A stretch of 64,000 bases of DNA from Planctomycetota bacterium (lineage in GTDB: Bacteria; Planctomycetota; PLA2; JAEUHO01), in NCBI GenBank assembly GCA_965222115.1, contig CBDCTJ010000007.1, positions 416,001 to 480,000 of the forward strand, read 5' to 3'. The notes beneath the pieces are model-generated. The model was not told where the DNA came from. It made no database searches and saw nothing but the letters and a program-made list of their open reading frames with translations. Within the stretch, counting starts at the first letter, position 1. Each line of letters opens with the position of its first letter. Below, in pieces: positions 49,218 to 58,971 of the stretch. The position numbers were made by a program, and so were the translations under genes.

Positions 49218-49364
49218 GAATACGTTGATTGGTCAGGTGGCTGAGGGGCCAGGGGAATGGCCTTTCTATCGGCATCCGAACAACCCAAGTTGTGCGGCGG
49301 ATAAAAAGACCATGAAGTTACGAGGGGACTACGAAGGCATGGGTCATAGACGCCAATTCCGTAG

Positions 49365-50420
49365 CTAGGGTTCCCTCCATACGAGTTCGGCGTGCTCCCC
49401 GTTGGATAACAGCAGCATGCGTCCCTCGACGTCGTGCGTAAGCGACTGCCACGAGGCGCCTTCCGGCGGTTCCGGTGCAGGCACCGGACGTCCGAGTGTG
49501 GCGGTGCGAAACGGCTGGGGCGGGCGCACGAAAGCCAACGCCCCACGCTTTCCGCCCAAGAGCAATACGAATCGACCGTCATGCCAGCTCAAGTCCATGA
49601 CTTCGGGTTGCGCCATCGGACTGGGATCAATGAAGAAGTAGTCCAGCGGCTGCCCACCGCGATCCATGGCGCGCACCTGAATGCGTGGTGATTTCTTGGA
49701 CGCCATATGGCTTCCGCCGGGCGGCATCTTGGCCGACGGTGTGTCCTTCTTGGCGACGACGTAGAGATCCTCGGTTTTACGCCGGAGATGAACACTCAAT
49801 AAACCGGATATCCCGGGGCCGAAATCGTCCCAATTGAGTTTGTCCTGTTCACGCCGATCGGCGCCGGGAACTACGAACGCGCGTAACAGCGACACACCGC
49901 CAAGTTCTCCGGCGGGCGTTCGCGTGGCATTGCCCCACAGCACGAGACGCTTTTTCCGTTCGGCAACAAACACGGTGCCATTGCCCTGGACGGCTACGTC
50001 CGCGAACGCATACCCTGAGTCAAGAAAGGCGCCCACGCCGTGTCCCGATCGTGCAAGTGCGCCGCGTCCGTTGACCGGACTGGACTCCCGTATGTCCAAT
50101 GGCACCTCGCGCGTGGTAACGGCGCGCGATTGGCCCGCGGGTGTACTGAACACCTGAGCGAGCGGAGCGACGTGCATGACACGTTTGCGCTCGCCCGAAC
50201 AAATTAGGAGGTCGTCGCCTAAGATGGCCATGCCGGTGGCGTTTCGCACGCCCTTCAACTGAATGCGTGTCCATGGCGTTGGCGACTGCCCGCCCACCGG
50301 TGTTTGACTCACCGCGTGGTCCGCATCCCCATTGCCACACCCGGCCATGAGCAAACCGCAGCCGATTGTGATGACCCGCAACAGAACGCGTACGTGGCGT
50401 AAAACGCTACAGACGTTCAT
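49365..50420 (-). CDS. Hypothetical lipoprotein (propeller-like)
   Basis: Lipobox MAGC, ATGA overlap with folK. Confidence 0.65.
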   Translation of the reverse strand: MNVCSVLRHVRVLLRVITIGCGLLMAGCGNGDADHAVSQTPVGGQSPTPWTRIQLKGVRNATGMAILGDDLLICSGERKRVMHVAPLAQVFSTPAGQSRAVTTREVPLDIRESSPVNGRGALARSGHGVGAFLDSGYAFADVAVQGNGTVFVAERKKRLVLWGNATRTPAGELGGVSLLRAFVVPGADRREQDKLNWDDFGPGISGLLSVHLRRKTEDLYVVAKKDTPSAKMPPGGSHMASKKSPRIQVRAMDRGGQPLDYFFIDPSPMAQPEVMDLSWHDGRFVLLLGGKRGALAFVRPPQPFRTATLGRPVPAPEPPEGASWQSLTHDVEGRMLLLSNGEHAELVWREP

Positions 50421-50944
50421 GCGTGATCTCCTTGCTGGCGCGATACGACGTCAATGTCAAACGAAACGGGGGACCACGGTGGCACGAGCTTGGCCGCACG
50501 CGCGCGCAGCGTTTGCTTGGCTTCGCCCACCACCAACTTGGGCATGAGCTCGGCACACGGCACGAAAACATAGTCGGCCGTCGAAAGTTCTGGATCCACC
50601 CACGTCACCCGTTCGCCGTGCGCGCACCAGACGGGGTCCACGTCCAGCGTCCGAGGTGCATACTTGTCGCTACCGCGCACCCGGTCACACAAGAACTCAA
50701 TGTGACGACACGCCATCTTGAGCGCGCGCAAGGGGAGGTCGGTCTCGATCTTCGCGGCAAGATTGAAGAAGTCGGCGCTGCCAGCACTGGGGCCAGCCGC
50801 CTGACTCTGGTAAACGCGCGACACTTCGACGCAGCGGAACCGCTTCTGAATCAAAACGATGGCGCGTGGAATCCAACGCCGCGGCGCAATGTTGGAACCA
50901 ATGGACAACAAGCCGGCGGTTGATTTCGCTTGACGAGAAGGCAC
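50417..50944 (-). CDS. folK: 2-amino-4-hydroxy-6-hydroxymethyldihydropteridine diphosphokinase
   Basis: SIGSN, FFNLA, PRTLDVD. GTG start just after the folB stop. Confidence 0.9.
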   Translation of the reverse strand: MPSRQAKSTAGLLSIGSNIAPRRWIPRAIVLIQKRFRCVEVSRVYQSQAAGPSAGSADFFNLAAKIETDLPLRALKMACRHIEFLCDRVRGSDKYAPRTLDVDPVWCAHGERVTWVDPELSTADYVFVPCAELMPKLVVGEAKQTLRARAAKLVPPWSPVSFDIDVVSRQQGDHA

Positions 50945-50945
50945 G

Positions 50946-51326
50946 TTACGCAGCGCCCGTTTCCGTATTGGGCCGCGCGCCGCGCTCCACAACCACACCC
51001 ACTTCCTCACTGAATCGCACGGCGCCGGGCTTGCCGACCCGCAACCGCACCCAAGGAACGCCAAAGTCCTTGCGAATCAAGGCCGCAAGATTATGTGCCA
51101 GTGTCTCCACCAACTTGTACTCGCCCGCTTTTACGTGGGCCATCACCGCCTTAGCAACCGAACGATAATTGATGGCGTCGTCGATGGATTCGGACTTCGC
51201 TGCTACGGCGGCATCCGTAGCCATCTCGATGTCAATCCGAATGGTCTGCTTCTCACGGCGCTCCCAGTCGTTGATGCCGAGAATGGCGCGTATCTCCAGG
51301 CCCTGAATGTAAACCGTGTCGCGCAT
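50946..51326 (-). CDS. folB: Dihydroneopterin aldolase
   Basis: ILGINDWER..Q, INY, LVETLA, KPGA. Confidence 0.93.
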   Translation of the reverse strand: MRDTVYIQGLEIRAILGINDWERREKQTIRIDIEMATDAAVAAKSESIDDAINYRSVAKAVMAHVKAGEYKLVETLAHNLAALIRKDFGVPWVRLRVGKPGAVRFSEEVGVVVERGARPNTETGAA

Positions 51327-51377
51327 TGAAACTCCACGAGCGTTGCCGGCCACGACGCCGAGCGAATCCCTCACACA

Positions 51378-51887
51378 CTACCTTGAAGGGTGCGGGGCTC
51401 CGTCCGGCGAACGTACGCGCCGCAAGACTACGGGTTGATCCATGTCGCTGCGGTCGATGTGCAACGACACGCCATCACTATCGGCGTCAATGGCGTAAGG
51501 ATGTTCCAGCGCGGAACCTGCCATATGAGTCGTTTGCAGTCGCACGCCGCCCGCAATGGGTGACCACCGTCCCCCGTGGCGCTCCACGGACTTGCCCACG
51601 CGGCGCGCAATGGTGAATTGGCCCTTTGGATCCAAGGTGAGCTTGACGGCAAGTGTCTTCACACGCGCCGTGGCCTCGTCCATCCAGGTGCGCGTCGTAC
51701 GTTGACGCGCGTCCTCAGACAGTGCGCGCAATTTGTCGGCGTGTTGCTCGATGCGCATCGCCACGAAGTCGCGCACATATTCACGACGATCCAAGCGATA
51801 GACTCCGGTATGAGGCGCGTGCGTGTCGTCGTCGCCGCACGCGGAAAGCACAACGGCGCACGCAACGACGATCGCGAGGCAACGCAC
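51378..51887 (-). CDS. Hypothetical lipoprotein
   Basis: Lipobox LSAC. GTG adjacent to the upstream stop. Confidence 0.6.
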   Translation of the reverse strand: MRCLAIVVACAVVLSACGDDDTHAPHTGVYRLDRREYVRDFVAMRIEQHADKLRALSEDARQRTTRTWMDEATARVKTLAVKLTLDPKGQFTIARRVGKSVERHGGRWSPIAGGVRLQTTHMAGSALEHPYAIDADSDGVSLHIDRSDMDQPVVLRRVRSPDGAPHPSR

Positions 51888-51888
51888 G

Positions 51889-52374
51889 CTAGAACTGAAT
51901 CGCGACCACATACCACTTCCCATCGGCCCCCTGCGCCAATCGTAGGGGACGCCACACGTCGCGGGCATCGCGATAGAGAAACTCAAGGTGGCCGCGCGGC
52001 AGTTTGCGGGGTGGGCCGTCCGCAAGCATTCGCGGGGGTTGGCGCTTGGCCATTTGACGGAAACTGGCCGACGTTCGATTCCCCTCCACTTTGGAGAGCG
52101 ACACGGGTGCACGAAACGGGGCACCGGCGCGGCCTGCATCCACCAAGGACACAATCTCAGGCGCCACGGTGCGCCTACACGCGGGCGAAAGCAGACGCTG
52201 AAACGCGGGGTAGTCCCCTTGCTTCATGAGTTCGATGACATGCGCAGCGGTTGCTGCCGCGTCGGTACGATCCAACGTTTTCGCCGAACCGCACGCGGCC
52301 AACAACGCAAGCAGCCCACACCCGTGCATCACAAGCCATGTCAAGCGTGGGTTCGGTTTGGATTTCACGAACAC
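51889..52374 (-). CDS. Hypothetical lipoprotein
   Basis: Lipobox LAAC, NTF2-like ending GKWYV. Confidence 0.6.
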   Translation of the reverse strand: MFVKSKPNPRLTWLVMHGCGLLALLAACGSAKTLDRTDAAATAAHVIELMKQGDYPAFQRLLSPACRRTVAPEIVSLVDAGRAGAPFRAPVSLSKVEGNRTSASFRQMAKRQPPRMLADGPPRKLPRGHLEFLYRDARDVWRPLRLAQGADGKWYVVAIQF

Positions 52375-52433
52375 AGAGGCTCCAGAACGACGAAACGAAA
52401 GCGTAGCAGTGGCTTACGAAATTCAATGGTCGG

Positions 52434-53147
52434 TTGTGCGTACGACACGTGCACAAGTTGTGTCTGCCGCCATGGTGGACGACATGTGGACGACGCGCCG
52501 TCGGCCGCGTGCCGTACGCTGTATCTCCTTTGATTTCACCCCGAGCCCTACTCCGCGAACGAGACGCCGCCCTTGCAGCCGTCGGCCGCGAACTGGGTAT
52601 CGCCCAGTGGCCCGACATCCCTGTACTTTGGAATCGGCGCCTGCGTCGTGCGGGACGCGCAGCGGTTGACTCCACCGGTTCACGTTTTGACGCAGCAGAG
52701 ATCGAAATCTCCACGCCCTACTTCGAGGTCTACCCCAACGATTTGCGCGGGATCTTGGTACACGAAGCGGTGCATGTGGGGCTGGCCTACCTCGGTCGTC
52801 CGTTCGGCCACACCCAAGAGTTTCGTGAGGTCTGCGTAGCAGCAGGTGGGTTGCTACACAGCCGCTGGTTGCCAGGTCGCATCTATCTCTATCGCTGTCC
52901 CGTCTGTTCTGAGATTCACGAACGACGGCGACGCGCGTCGGACTCGCGCTGGTGTGCCGACTGTGCAGACAAACACGCGGCAAACGGCCTCAACGCCTAC
53001 GCACCCGAACGGGCCTTGGTACTCGTCCAGACCGCGTTCTTGGGTCCGGAGGAGGCCTACCGGCGATCGAGCCCGGCCTGTGAGAGCGAACCGACCGGCT
53101 CCACCGCCAAACTCGTGCAACCACAGGGAGAGACTGGCGCACAGTGA
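52434..53147 (+). CDS. SprT-like zinc metalloprotease
   Basis: WNRRLRRAG, HEAVH, GH..F, CPVC...CADC zinc ribbon. The true start is probably near 52530. Confidence 0.85.
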   Translation: MCVRHVHKLCLPPWWTTCGRRAVGRVPYAVSPLISPRALLRERDAALAAVGRELGIAQWPDIPVLWNRRLRRAGRAAVDSTGSRFDAAEIEISTPYFEVYPNDLRGILVHEAVHVGLAYLGRPFGHTQEFREVCVAAGGLLHSRWLPGRIYLYRCPVCSEIHERRRRASDSRWCADCADKHAANGLNAYAPERALVLVQTAFLGPEEAYRRSSPACESEPTGSTAKLVQPQGETGAQ

Positions 53148-53165
53148 TAGGCTACCGCCTCCACG

Positions 53166-54425
53166 TTGAGCCCCTCCGCGGCCCGACGACTACGCATGAA
53201 TAGAGGAATCGGTATGCGTTCACATGATGGAGTTTACCTCCCGCGCTTTGTCGGCCGATCGGCCCTTATGGCAACACTGCTCATCGCGGGCTGGATGATT
53301 GCCGCGACATCCGCGTCCGCGGGGGACCGCGTCCCCGATACGGTTGGCCTCGGCCTCGATGCTGCGAAGGCGATGATTGAGCGCGAGGGCTTTACGACTG
53401 GCGTCACCTACGTCAACCAAGGCGCGGAAGGCATCGTCCTCGATCAATCGCCCGCCGGGTTGAGTGCCCAATCGGCCGGAACAAAGGTTGTCTTAACTGT
53501 GCGCGGCCAGGCGCCCCGGCCCGATACGATGCCCGTGGACCCGCCCCACATCCCCGATGACACGCCGTCGCGTACAGATTCAGGCGACAACACGCCCGCA
53601 GCGGCAAACGCCTATGCGAGTTATCCCGCCGACCCTCCACTGAACCTGAATGGACCGGAACTGCCCAACGCGCTTGGCGACCAGCTCTTTGATGCCAAGG
53701 ACAAGCTGCAGGAATGGAATGTGGAAATCGAATACACGCTGGCCGTGCCAAAGCACCGCGGCACCGTAATCAATCAAAGTCCCTACCCGGGCACTCGCTT
53801 GGCCACGGCGGAAACCGTCGTGATTGTGGTCGCGCGAGAAAAGATCGAAGACGATACCGAAGTCCCCACGCCGTCGGTTGACGGCAAGTCGGTACAGCAG
53901 GCCACCTTGGCGCTGGATCAGGCGGGCTTCAAAATCGATGTGCGCACGCGACCCAGTTCGACCGAGCAGGCGGGACGCGTGTTGTCACAACGCCCGCTGG
54001 CGGGCAGCCTCGCCGCACGTGGCACAACGGTCACCGTGCACATTGGTCGTGGCTCCGCCGGTGGCGGCACTCCGTCCGCAACAAAGGGCGCAGGCAACCC
54101 CCCCAAACCCTCCACACTTCCGGCGGGCAACAGTACGGGGTTGTTGCGGGCGCCGGTCTTACGTACACCGCAAGACTCCGACAGCATCCCCACCAACTTT
54201 GGCGTGAGCTTTGACTGGGCGCCCATGTCACAAGCCTCAGAGTTTGATTGGGAGCTGCAACAGGAAATGGCGGGAGGAACGTGGCGTGCCATTGATGTGC
54301 GGCGCGTCAAACAAGGCTTTCGTATGACGTCGCTCAAACGCGGCCGCTACCGCTGGCGTGTGCGCGCGCTCGACGGCACTCGCCCCGGCGACTGGACCCC
54401 CTACCGCTTGCTCTACATCTACTAA
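53166..54425 (+). CDS. Exported PASTA-domain protein with C-terminal FN3-like domain
   Basis: Three VP.V.G...QSP..G..V.L.V units and YRWRVRA. Confidence 0.82.
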   Translation: MSPSAARRLRMNRGIGMRSHDGVYLPRFVGRSALMATLLIAGWMIAATSASAGDRVPDTVGLGLDAAKAMIEREGFTTGVTYVNQGAEGIVLDQSPAGLSAQSAGTKVVLTVRGQAPRPDTMPVDPPHIPDDTPSRTDSGDNTPAAANAYASYPADPPLNLNGPELPNALGDQLFDAKDKLQEWNVEIEYTLAVPKHRGTVINQSPYPGTRLATAETVVIVVAREKIEDDTEVPTPSVDGKSVQQATLALDQAGFKIDVRTRPSSTEQAGRVLSQRPLAGSLAARGTTVTVHIGRGSAGGGTPSATKGAGNPPKPSTLPAGNSTGLLRAPVLRTPQDSDSIPTNFGVSFDWAPMSQASEFDWELQQEMAGGTWRAIDVRRVKQGFRMTSLKRGRYRWRVRALDGTRPGDWTPYRLLYIY

Positions 54426-54445
54426 CGCTCGCCCTACCACTCCCA

Positions 54446-54533
54446 TGCGCCAAAAATACCTGGTTTTTGTGGCGCATTGCTCGTCAGCGGCCTGATTCTT
54501 CGTGCGCCAGAAATACCTGGTATTCCTGGCGCA
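54446..54533. repeat. Pair of 31-bp palindromes, family B, between convergent genes
   Basis: TGCGCCAAAAATACCTGGTTTTTGTGGCGCA (54446) and TGCGCCAGAAATACCTGGTATTCCTGGCGCA (54503), reverse-complement relatives of the 45233 pair. Confidence 0.85.
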
Positions 54534-54546
54534 CCCGAGGGCGCGA

Positions 54547-55905
54547 CTAGTCCGTGCTGCCTTCTTTGATGCGGGTGCGTTTGCGGGAAGCAGCGAGGGT
54601 GCGGTAGGCCTCTTCGTGGCTGGGTTCCCAGCGCGTTACGACATTGCCGCCGCGGTGCTTGGACGCAAAAAGCGCGTGATCGGCCAAGGTGAGCAAAACG
54701 TCGGTCGCCTTGCCCTCAACGTCTTCAATGTCTTCAGACGTGGCGAGTCCTAAGCTCACGCGCGCCGGCGTATTGCCTTCGGGGCCATGCCCACGTTCGG
54801 CCACCGACGCGCGCAGTCGTTCGGCAACTTGCATGGCCGCGTCCGCATCGGTGTTGGGCAGGAGAATCACAAACTCATCACCACCGTAGCGAGCAAGCAC
54901 GTCACCCTCACGCAGGCCGGCGCGAAGCACACGGGCAACATCCACAATCACCGCATCGCCCATCGCGTGACCCAACGTGTCATTGATGTCTTTGAACCCG
55001 TCTTGGTCAACCATCAATACGGATAGTGGGTCGCCATAGCGTTGCGCACGCGCCATTTCACGATCAAGCACCTCATGGAAATGCCCGCGGTTATAGAGTC
55101 CCGTCAATACGTCGCGTGAAGCCTGCTCGGCAAGGCGGCGGTTGGCGGCGCGAAGGGCTTCTTCCATGGCCACGCGGTCCGAAACATCTCGCAGCGTGAG
55201 CACCAAGCCGTCCATGCGCCCGCCTGCGCGACGAATCGGCGAGAGTGTCACAATGCAGGGCACGCGATCACCGCGAGCCGTATGCACATCCACTTCACCG
55301 GCCCATTCACCCCCCACATGGATCGCGGCAAAGAGGTCGGCCTTAACACGGGGTTCATCGTCGAGCGGAAAAAGCTCCGACATGCTCGTGGCACCTGCGT
55401 CTTTGGACTTGCGGCCCAGCAAACGCGTGCACGCATCATTCATGTAACGCACATTTCCTGCGCGGTCGGTAATGAGCACGGACGCCGCAGTGCTTTCCAG
55501 TGCGTCGGCCAGACGTGAATTGCTATCGCGCGCCGAGGTGCGATCTTTCGCGGCATCAATGCGCGCCACCAATGTCTGGAGGTAGTCGCCCTCATCGTCG
55601 GTCACGATGAAATCGATGGCGCCGAGACGTGTGGCCTCGACCCAACGCGCACCCGCGCCATCACTTCCCAAAATGACAATCGGAACGGGCGTGGCCATGC
55701 GTACGGACGCTTGCAAAAAATCAAGCGCCGCCATATCGCTCAGACGCTCTTCCATGAGCACCAAGTCGGGTGCCGCGGGGCGGGCGAGTGCAGCCAGAGC
55801 GGCACTGCCGGTGCCCACCAGCGACACCTGATGGCCGGTGGCCTGCAGCGTGGACTCCATCACGCGAGCACGCTCTTTGTTGTGTTCAACGATGAGAATG
55901 TGCAT
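54547..55905 (-). CDS. Receiver-PAS-GGDEF diguanylate cyclase
   Basis: DVLTGLYNR, FKDINDTLGH, REGD I-site, GGDEF. Confidence 0.92.
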   Translation of the reverse strand: MHILIVEHNKERARVMESTLQATGHQVSLVGTGSAALAALARPAAPDLVLMEERLSDMAALDFLQASVRMATPVPIVILGSDGAGARWVEATRLGAIDFIVTDDEGDYLQTLVARIDAAKDRTSARDSNSRLADALESTAASVLITDRAGNVRYMNDACTRLLGRKSKDAGATSMSELFPLDDEPRVKADLFAAIHVGGEWAGEVDVHTARGDRVPCIVTLSPIRRAGGRMDGLVLTLRDVSDRVAMEEALRAANRRLAEQASRDVLTGLYNRGHFHEVLDREMARAQRYGDPLSVLMVDQDGFKDINDTLGHAMGDAVIVDVARVLRAGLREGDVLARYGGDEFVILLPNTDADAAMQVAERLRASVAERGHGPEGNTPARVSLGLATSEDIEDVEGKATDVLLTLADHALFASKHRGGNVVTRWEPSHEEAYRTLAASRKRTRIKEGSTD

Positions 55906-55965
55906 GTCGTGCTCGCGGGACTTGCCGCAAGACCGCCTTGCGAACGAAATCGACTACCAAAGGAT

Positions 55966-56733
55966 CTACCCCATGATGGCGTAGCCACCATCGATCACGA
56001 TGGTCTGGCCAACCATTTGGGCCGCCAAGGGACTCGCCAAGAAGAGCGCCGCGTCGGCCACGTCGGCCGGCTCGGTCAACCGGCCGCGCGGAGTGCGGCG
56101 GGCGCTTTCGTCGAGCAGTTGGGACCGATTGGGAAAATACTTCAATGCATCTGTATCGACCACGCCGGCCGATATGGCATTGACCAATATTCCCTTCGGC
56201 GCCAATTCGATTGCCAAATGGCGCACGAGGCTCTCCAAAGCCGCTTTACTTGCACCAACGGCGGCATAGTTGGGAATCGCCCGAACTGCCCCCAGGCTCG
56301 ACACGGCAATGATCCGGCCGGTCCCCTCAGGCATGAGGGGCACGCCATTTTGGGCCAAAGGCAAAAGCGCGCGCGCGTTGATATCGAGCGTCCAATGCCA
56401 GTGCCGGGGCGTGAGTTCCATGGCGGGCTTGATGACGCCGGACGCGGCATTGCTCACCAGAATGTCGAGCTTGCCGAATTTCTCGCCAATCGCCTCAAAC
56501 ATCCCGCCCAGGCTCTCGTCCTTGGCGACATTGCATTTGTAGAGCAACGCCTGCTGCCCGAATGACTCCACCCCCCGCGCCGTGTCCTCCGCAGGACCCC
56601 GGTTTCTGAGGTAGTTGATGGCCACATCGCAACCCGCTTCGGCCAGGCGTAGAGCGATGGCGCGCCCAATTCCTCGACTACCGCCGGTGACTAAGGCCTT
56701 CTTGCCGCGTAGGTCGATTCCGACTCCGGACAT
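55966..56733 (-). CDS. fabL: Enoyl-ACP reductase, FabL-like SDR
   Basis: TGGSRGIG, SNAASGV, YAAVGASK, GVVDTDALKYFP. Confidence 0.85.
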   Translation of the reverse strand: MSGVGIDLRGKKALVTGGSRGIGRAIALRLAEAGCDVAINYLRNRGPAEDTARGVESFGQQALLYKCNVAKDESLGGMFEAIGEKFGKLDILVSNAASGVIKPAMELTPRHWHWTLDINARALLPLAQNGVPLMPEGTGRIIAVSSLGAVRAIPNYAAVGASKAALESLVRHLAIELAPKGILVNAISAGVVDTDALKYFPNRSQLLDESARRTPRGRLTEPADVADAALFLASPLAAQMVGQTIVIDGGYAIMG

Positions 56734-56806
56734 GCTCCCTCCCAGAAGCGAAGAACTAACGGTACCTTACCAAGATCGCTCAACGTCCAGACGATAGGGA
56801 GTTTTT

Positions 56807-57130
56807 ATGAGCCGCCCTCAAATCGGCCGCCTGTTTCTGTTTCTAATGCTCACACCGATGGTCTCGGTAGGGAGCGTAGGCTGTTCGGGATTGCCATCGA
56901 GCCAACAAACGCCTACCGCATTCGGGGCCCCGGATAGCGACGACCCACTCCGTGATACCACGGCCCGAGGCGACCGCTCGCCCGTGGTGGGTCGCACACC
57001 GGGAGCGCCGCCCGTTAGCAACATGCCCCGCGGCGCCTCGAGCGATTCCGGTTCGCGCTTTGCCAATGCGTCAGCACCGGTAGGTGGGCTGGTGGTTGAA
57101 ACGCCCCCCATCCAACGATCGGGTGGATAA
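56807..57130 (+). CDS. Small hypothetical exported/lipoprotein
   Basis: GGGAG RBS, hydrophobic leader ending VGC. Confidence 0.45.
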   Translation: MSRPQIGRLFLFLMLTPMVSVGSVGCSGLPSSQQTPTAFGAPDSDDPLRDTTARGDRSPVVGRTPGAPPVSNMPRGASSDSGSRFANASAPVGGLVVETPPIQRSGG

Positions 57131-57186
57131 CGCACTCGCACACGTGCGGACGTAGGTTGGATCAAGAGAGGCATCACACACGACGT

Positions 57187-57924
57187 ATGCGAATCGCGTT
57201 CACCTTGTTGCTGCTCCTGGCCTTCGCGGGCGCAGCGTTTTGGATCGTTCAGGGTGAGGATACCCCTCGTCGGCCCATCGATTTTGAACCTACATCCTAT
57301 GACTTTGGCCGCGTGCGCGTTGGCGAGATACGCGACCTCACGCTTACGCTCTCCAACACAACGCAACGACAAATCAGTGTCATCTGCAAAACAAATTGCG
57401 CATGCGTTAAGCTCGGGCAAGGGGCCACGGGCAGCATGGAGCCGGGCGAGACCCGCGATGTCTATATTCGGGTGCAGCCCTCGCATCCGCTTTCGATTCA
57501 AGGCAAGAAGTTACAAATTTACACCAACCATCCGGATCAACAATACGCCGAGATCCCCTTTCAGGGCGTCATCGTTGCGCCCTTCTTGGTACATCCGTTT
57601 CCCCTACGTCTGGGCGCGCTCGACACCATCGATGCGCTTCGCGGGCCTCATACAGCAGTGATCAAACCGGGCGAAGGGTTTACGATTCGCATGCACAAGG
57701 TTGAACCAGATCCCCGTGGCCTGTTCAACGTGACAACCACGAAGAACGAAGACGGTACGATTGCTGTGACAGCGACGCTCGCTGAAGGGAAACGCCCCAA
57801 CCCAGGCCGTTTCGGCGCGGCGCATAAGATTCATATGCATGTCCACGAAGGTACGGAAGCACCCACTCGCATGGCGGGCACCGTTCGTATTGAAGGCTTT
57901 TGGCGCGGCGATAAGGACAAGTAA
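57187..57924 (+). CDS. DUF1573 domain protein
   Basis: YDFGRV, CKTNCAC, PGE, YTNHP motifs. Confidence 0.75.
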   Translation: MRIAFTLLLLLAFAGAAFWIVQGEDTPRRPIDFEPTSYDFGRVRVGEIRDLTLTLSNTTQRQISVICKTNCACVKLGQGATGSMEPGETRDVYIRVQPSHPLSIQGKKLQIYTNHPDQQYAEIPFQGVIVAPFLVHPFPLRLGALDTIDALRGPHTAVIKPGEGFTIRMHKVEPDPRGLFNVTTTKNEDGTIAVTATLAEGKRPNPGRFGAAHKIHMHVHEGTEAPTRMAGTVRIEGFWRGDKDK

Positions 57925-57981
57925 TCACGTGCATGGTTTCGAGGGTATCTACAGGTAACGCGGCGACGAGGAACGACGGCC

Positions 57982-58878
57982 ATGGAACTACGGCAGCTTG
58001 AATCGTTTCTTGAGGTGGTGCGCACCGGGAGCTTTACGGCCGCGGCCAAAGGACTCAAACTCACCCAACCGGGGGTGAGTCTGCACATCAAGGCCCTGGA
58101 AGAGGAGACCGGCGCCACGCTGCTGCATCGCGGCGGCAAAGCCCTGCGCCTGACACCCGCCGGTGAGGTGTTCTTGGATGCTGCCGATCGCGCCCTGGGC
58201 TTGTTGGCTGATAGCAAACGGAAAATTGCCGAACTCACGGCGCCCGAGCGTGGTCATGTCACACTTGCCTGCGGCGATACCGTTGCCATGCATATGCTGC
58301 CCGGCGTCTTGGCAGCGTTTCGAAAGCAGCATCCGCAAGCCGAAACGCGCATTCGAAACCACCGCTCCCAAGTGTGTATTGAGCGCGTATTGGCGCGGGA
58401 AGCCGATCTTGCGATCGTGACGCGTCCTCCGTGGTTGGATCCTGCGTTGTGGCACCGTGTGTTGTTGGAAGACCCGCTCAGCTTGGTGCTTCCGAAGAAA
58501 CATCCACTCGCGCGCAATCCCGATACCGAGTTGACGGCGCTGAATGAGCATCCGGCCGTCCTGCTTGCCAAGCCCGCCGAAACGCGCGCACTCACCGAGC
58601 GTGGCCTGCGTGAGATGGGCGTAACGCCGCATGTGGTGATGGAGTCGGGCAACTTGGAAGTTGTCAAGCGCTACGTCCGCGCGGGCATTGGATGGAGTGT
58701 CGTTCCGAATATGGCGCTCACCGATACCGAGAAACGGTCGTTCGTCATTCGCGCGTTACCCAAACGCTTTCCGGTGCGGCGGATGGTGCTCTTGAGGCGC
58801 CGCGACCGAACGCCCACTTTGCTGGTGACCGATATGCTAAAACTCGTTGCCGCCGAATTTCGGGGTGCGGGTACCTAG
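57982..58878 (+). CDS. LysR-family transcriptional regulator
   Basis: MELRQLESF..GSFTAAA..LTQPGVS..IKALE. Confidence 0.95.
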   Translation: MELRQLESFLEVVRTGSFTAAAKGLKLTQPGVSLHIKALEEETGATLLHRGGKALRLTPAGEVFLDAADRALGLLADSKRKIAELTAPERGHVTLACGDTVAMHMLPGVLAAFRKQHPQAETRIRNHRSQVCIERVLAREADLAIVTRPPWLDPALWHRVLLEDPLSLVLPKKHPLARNPDTELTALNEHPAVLLAKPAETRALTERGLREMGVTPHVVMESGNLEVVKRYVRAGIGWSVVPNMALTDTEKRSFVIRALPKRFPVRRMVLLRRRDRTPTLLVTDMLKLVAAEFRGAGT

Positions 58879-58971
58879 CGATTTATCAAACGCGCAGCCA
58901 TGCCGGTCGGTTCGTGTGCATCGGGCGCGTGTTTTTTGCTTCCGCCGCGGGGCACGACGTACTCTGAGCCC

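Noticed and set aside
55711-56565. 284-aa plus-strand ORF
   Set aside because: Antisense shadow of fabL, common opposite SDR genes.
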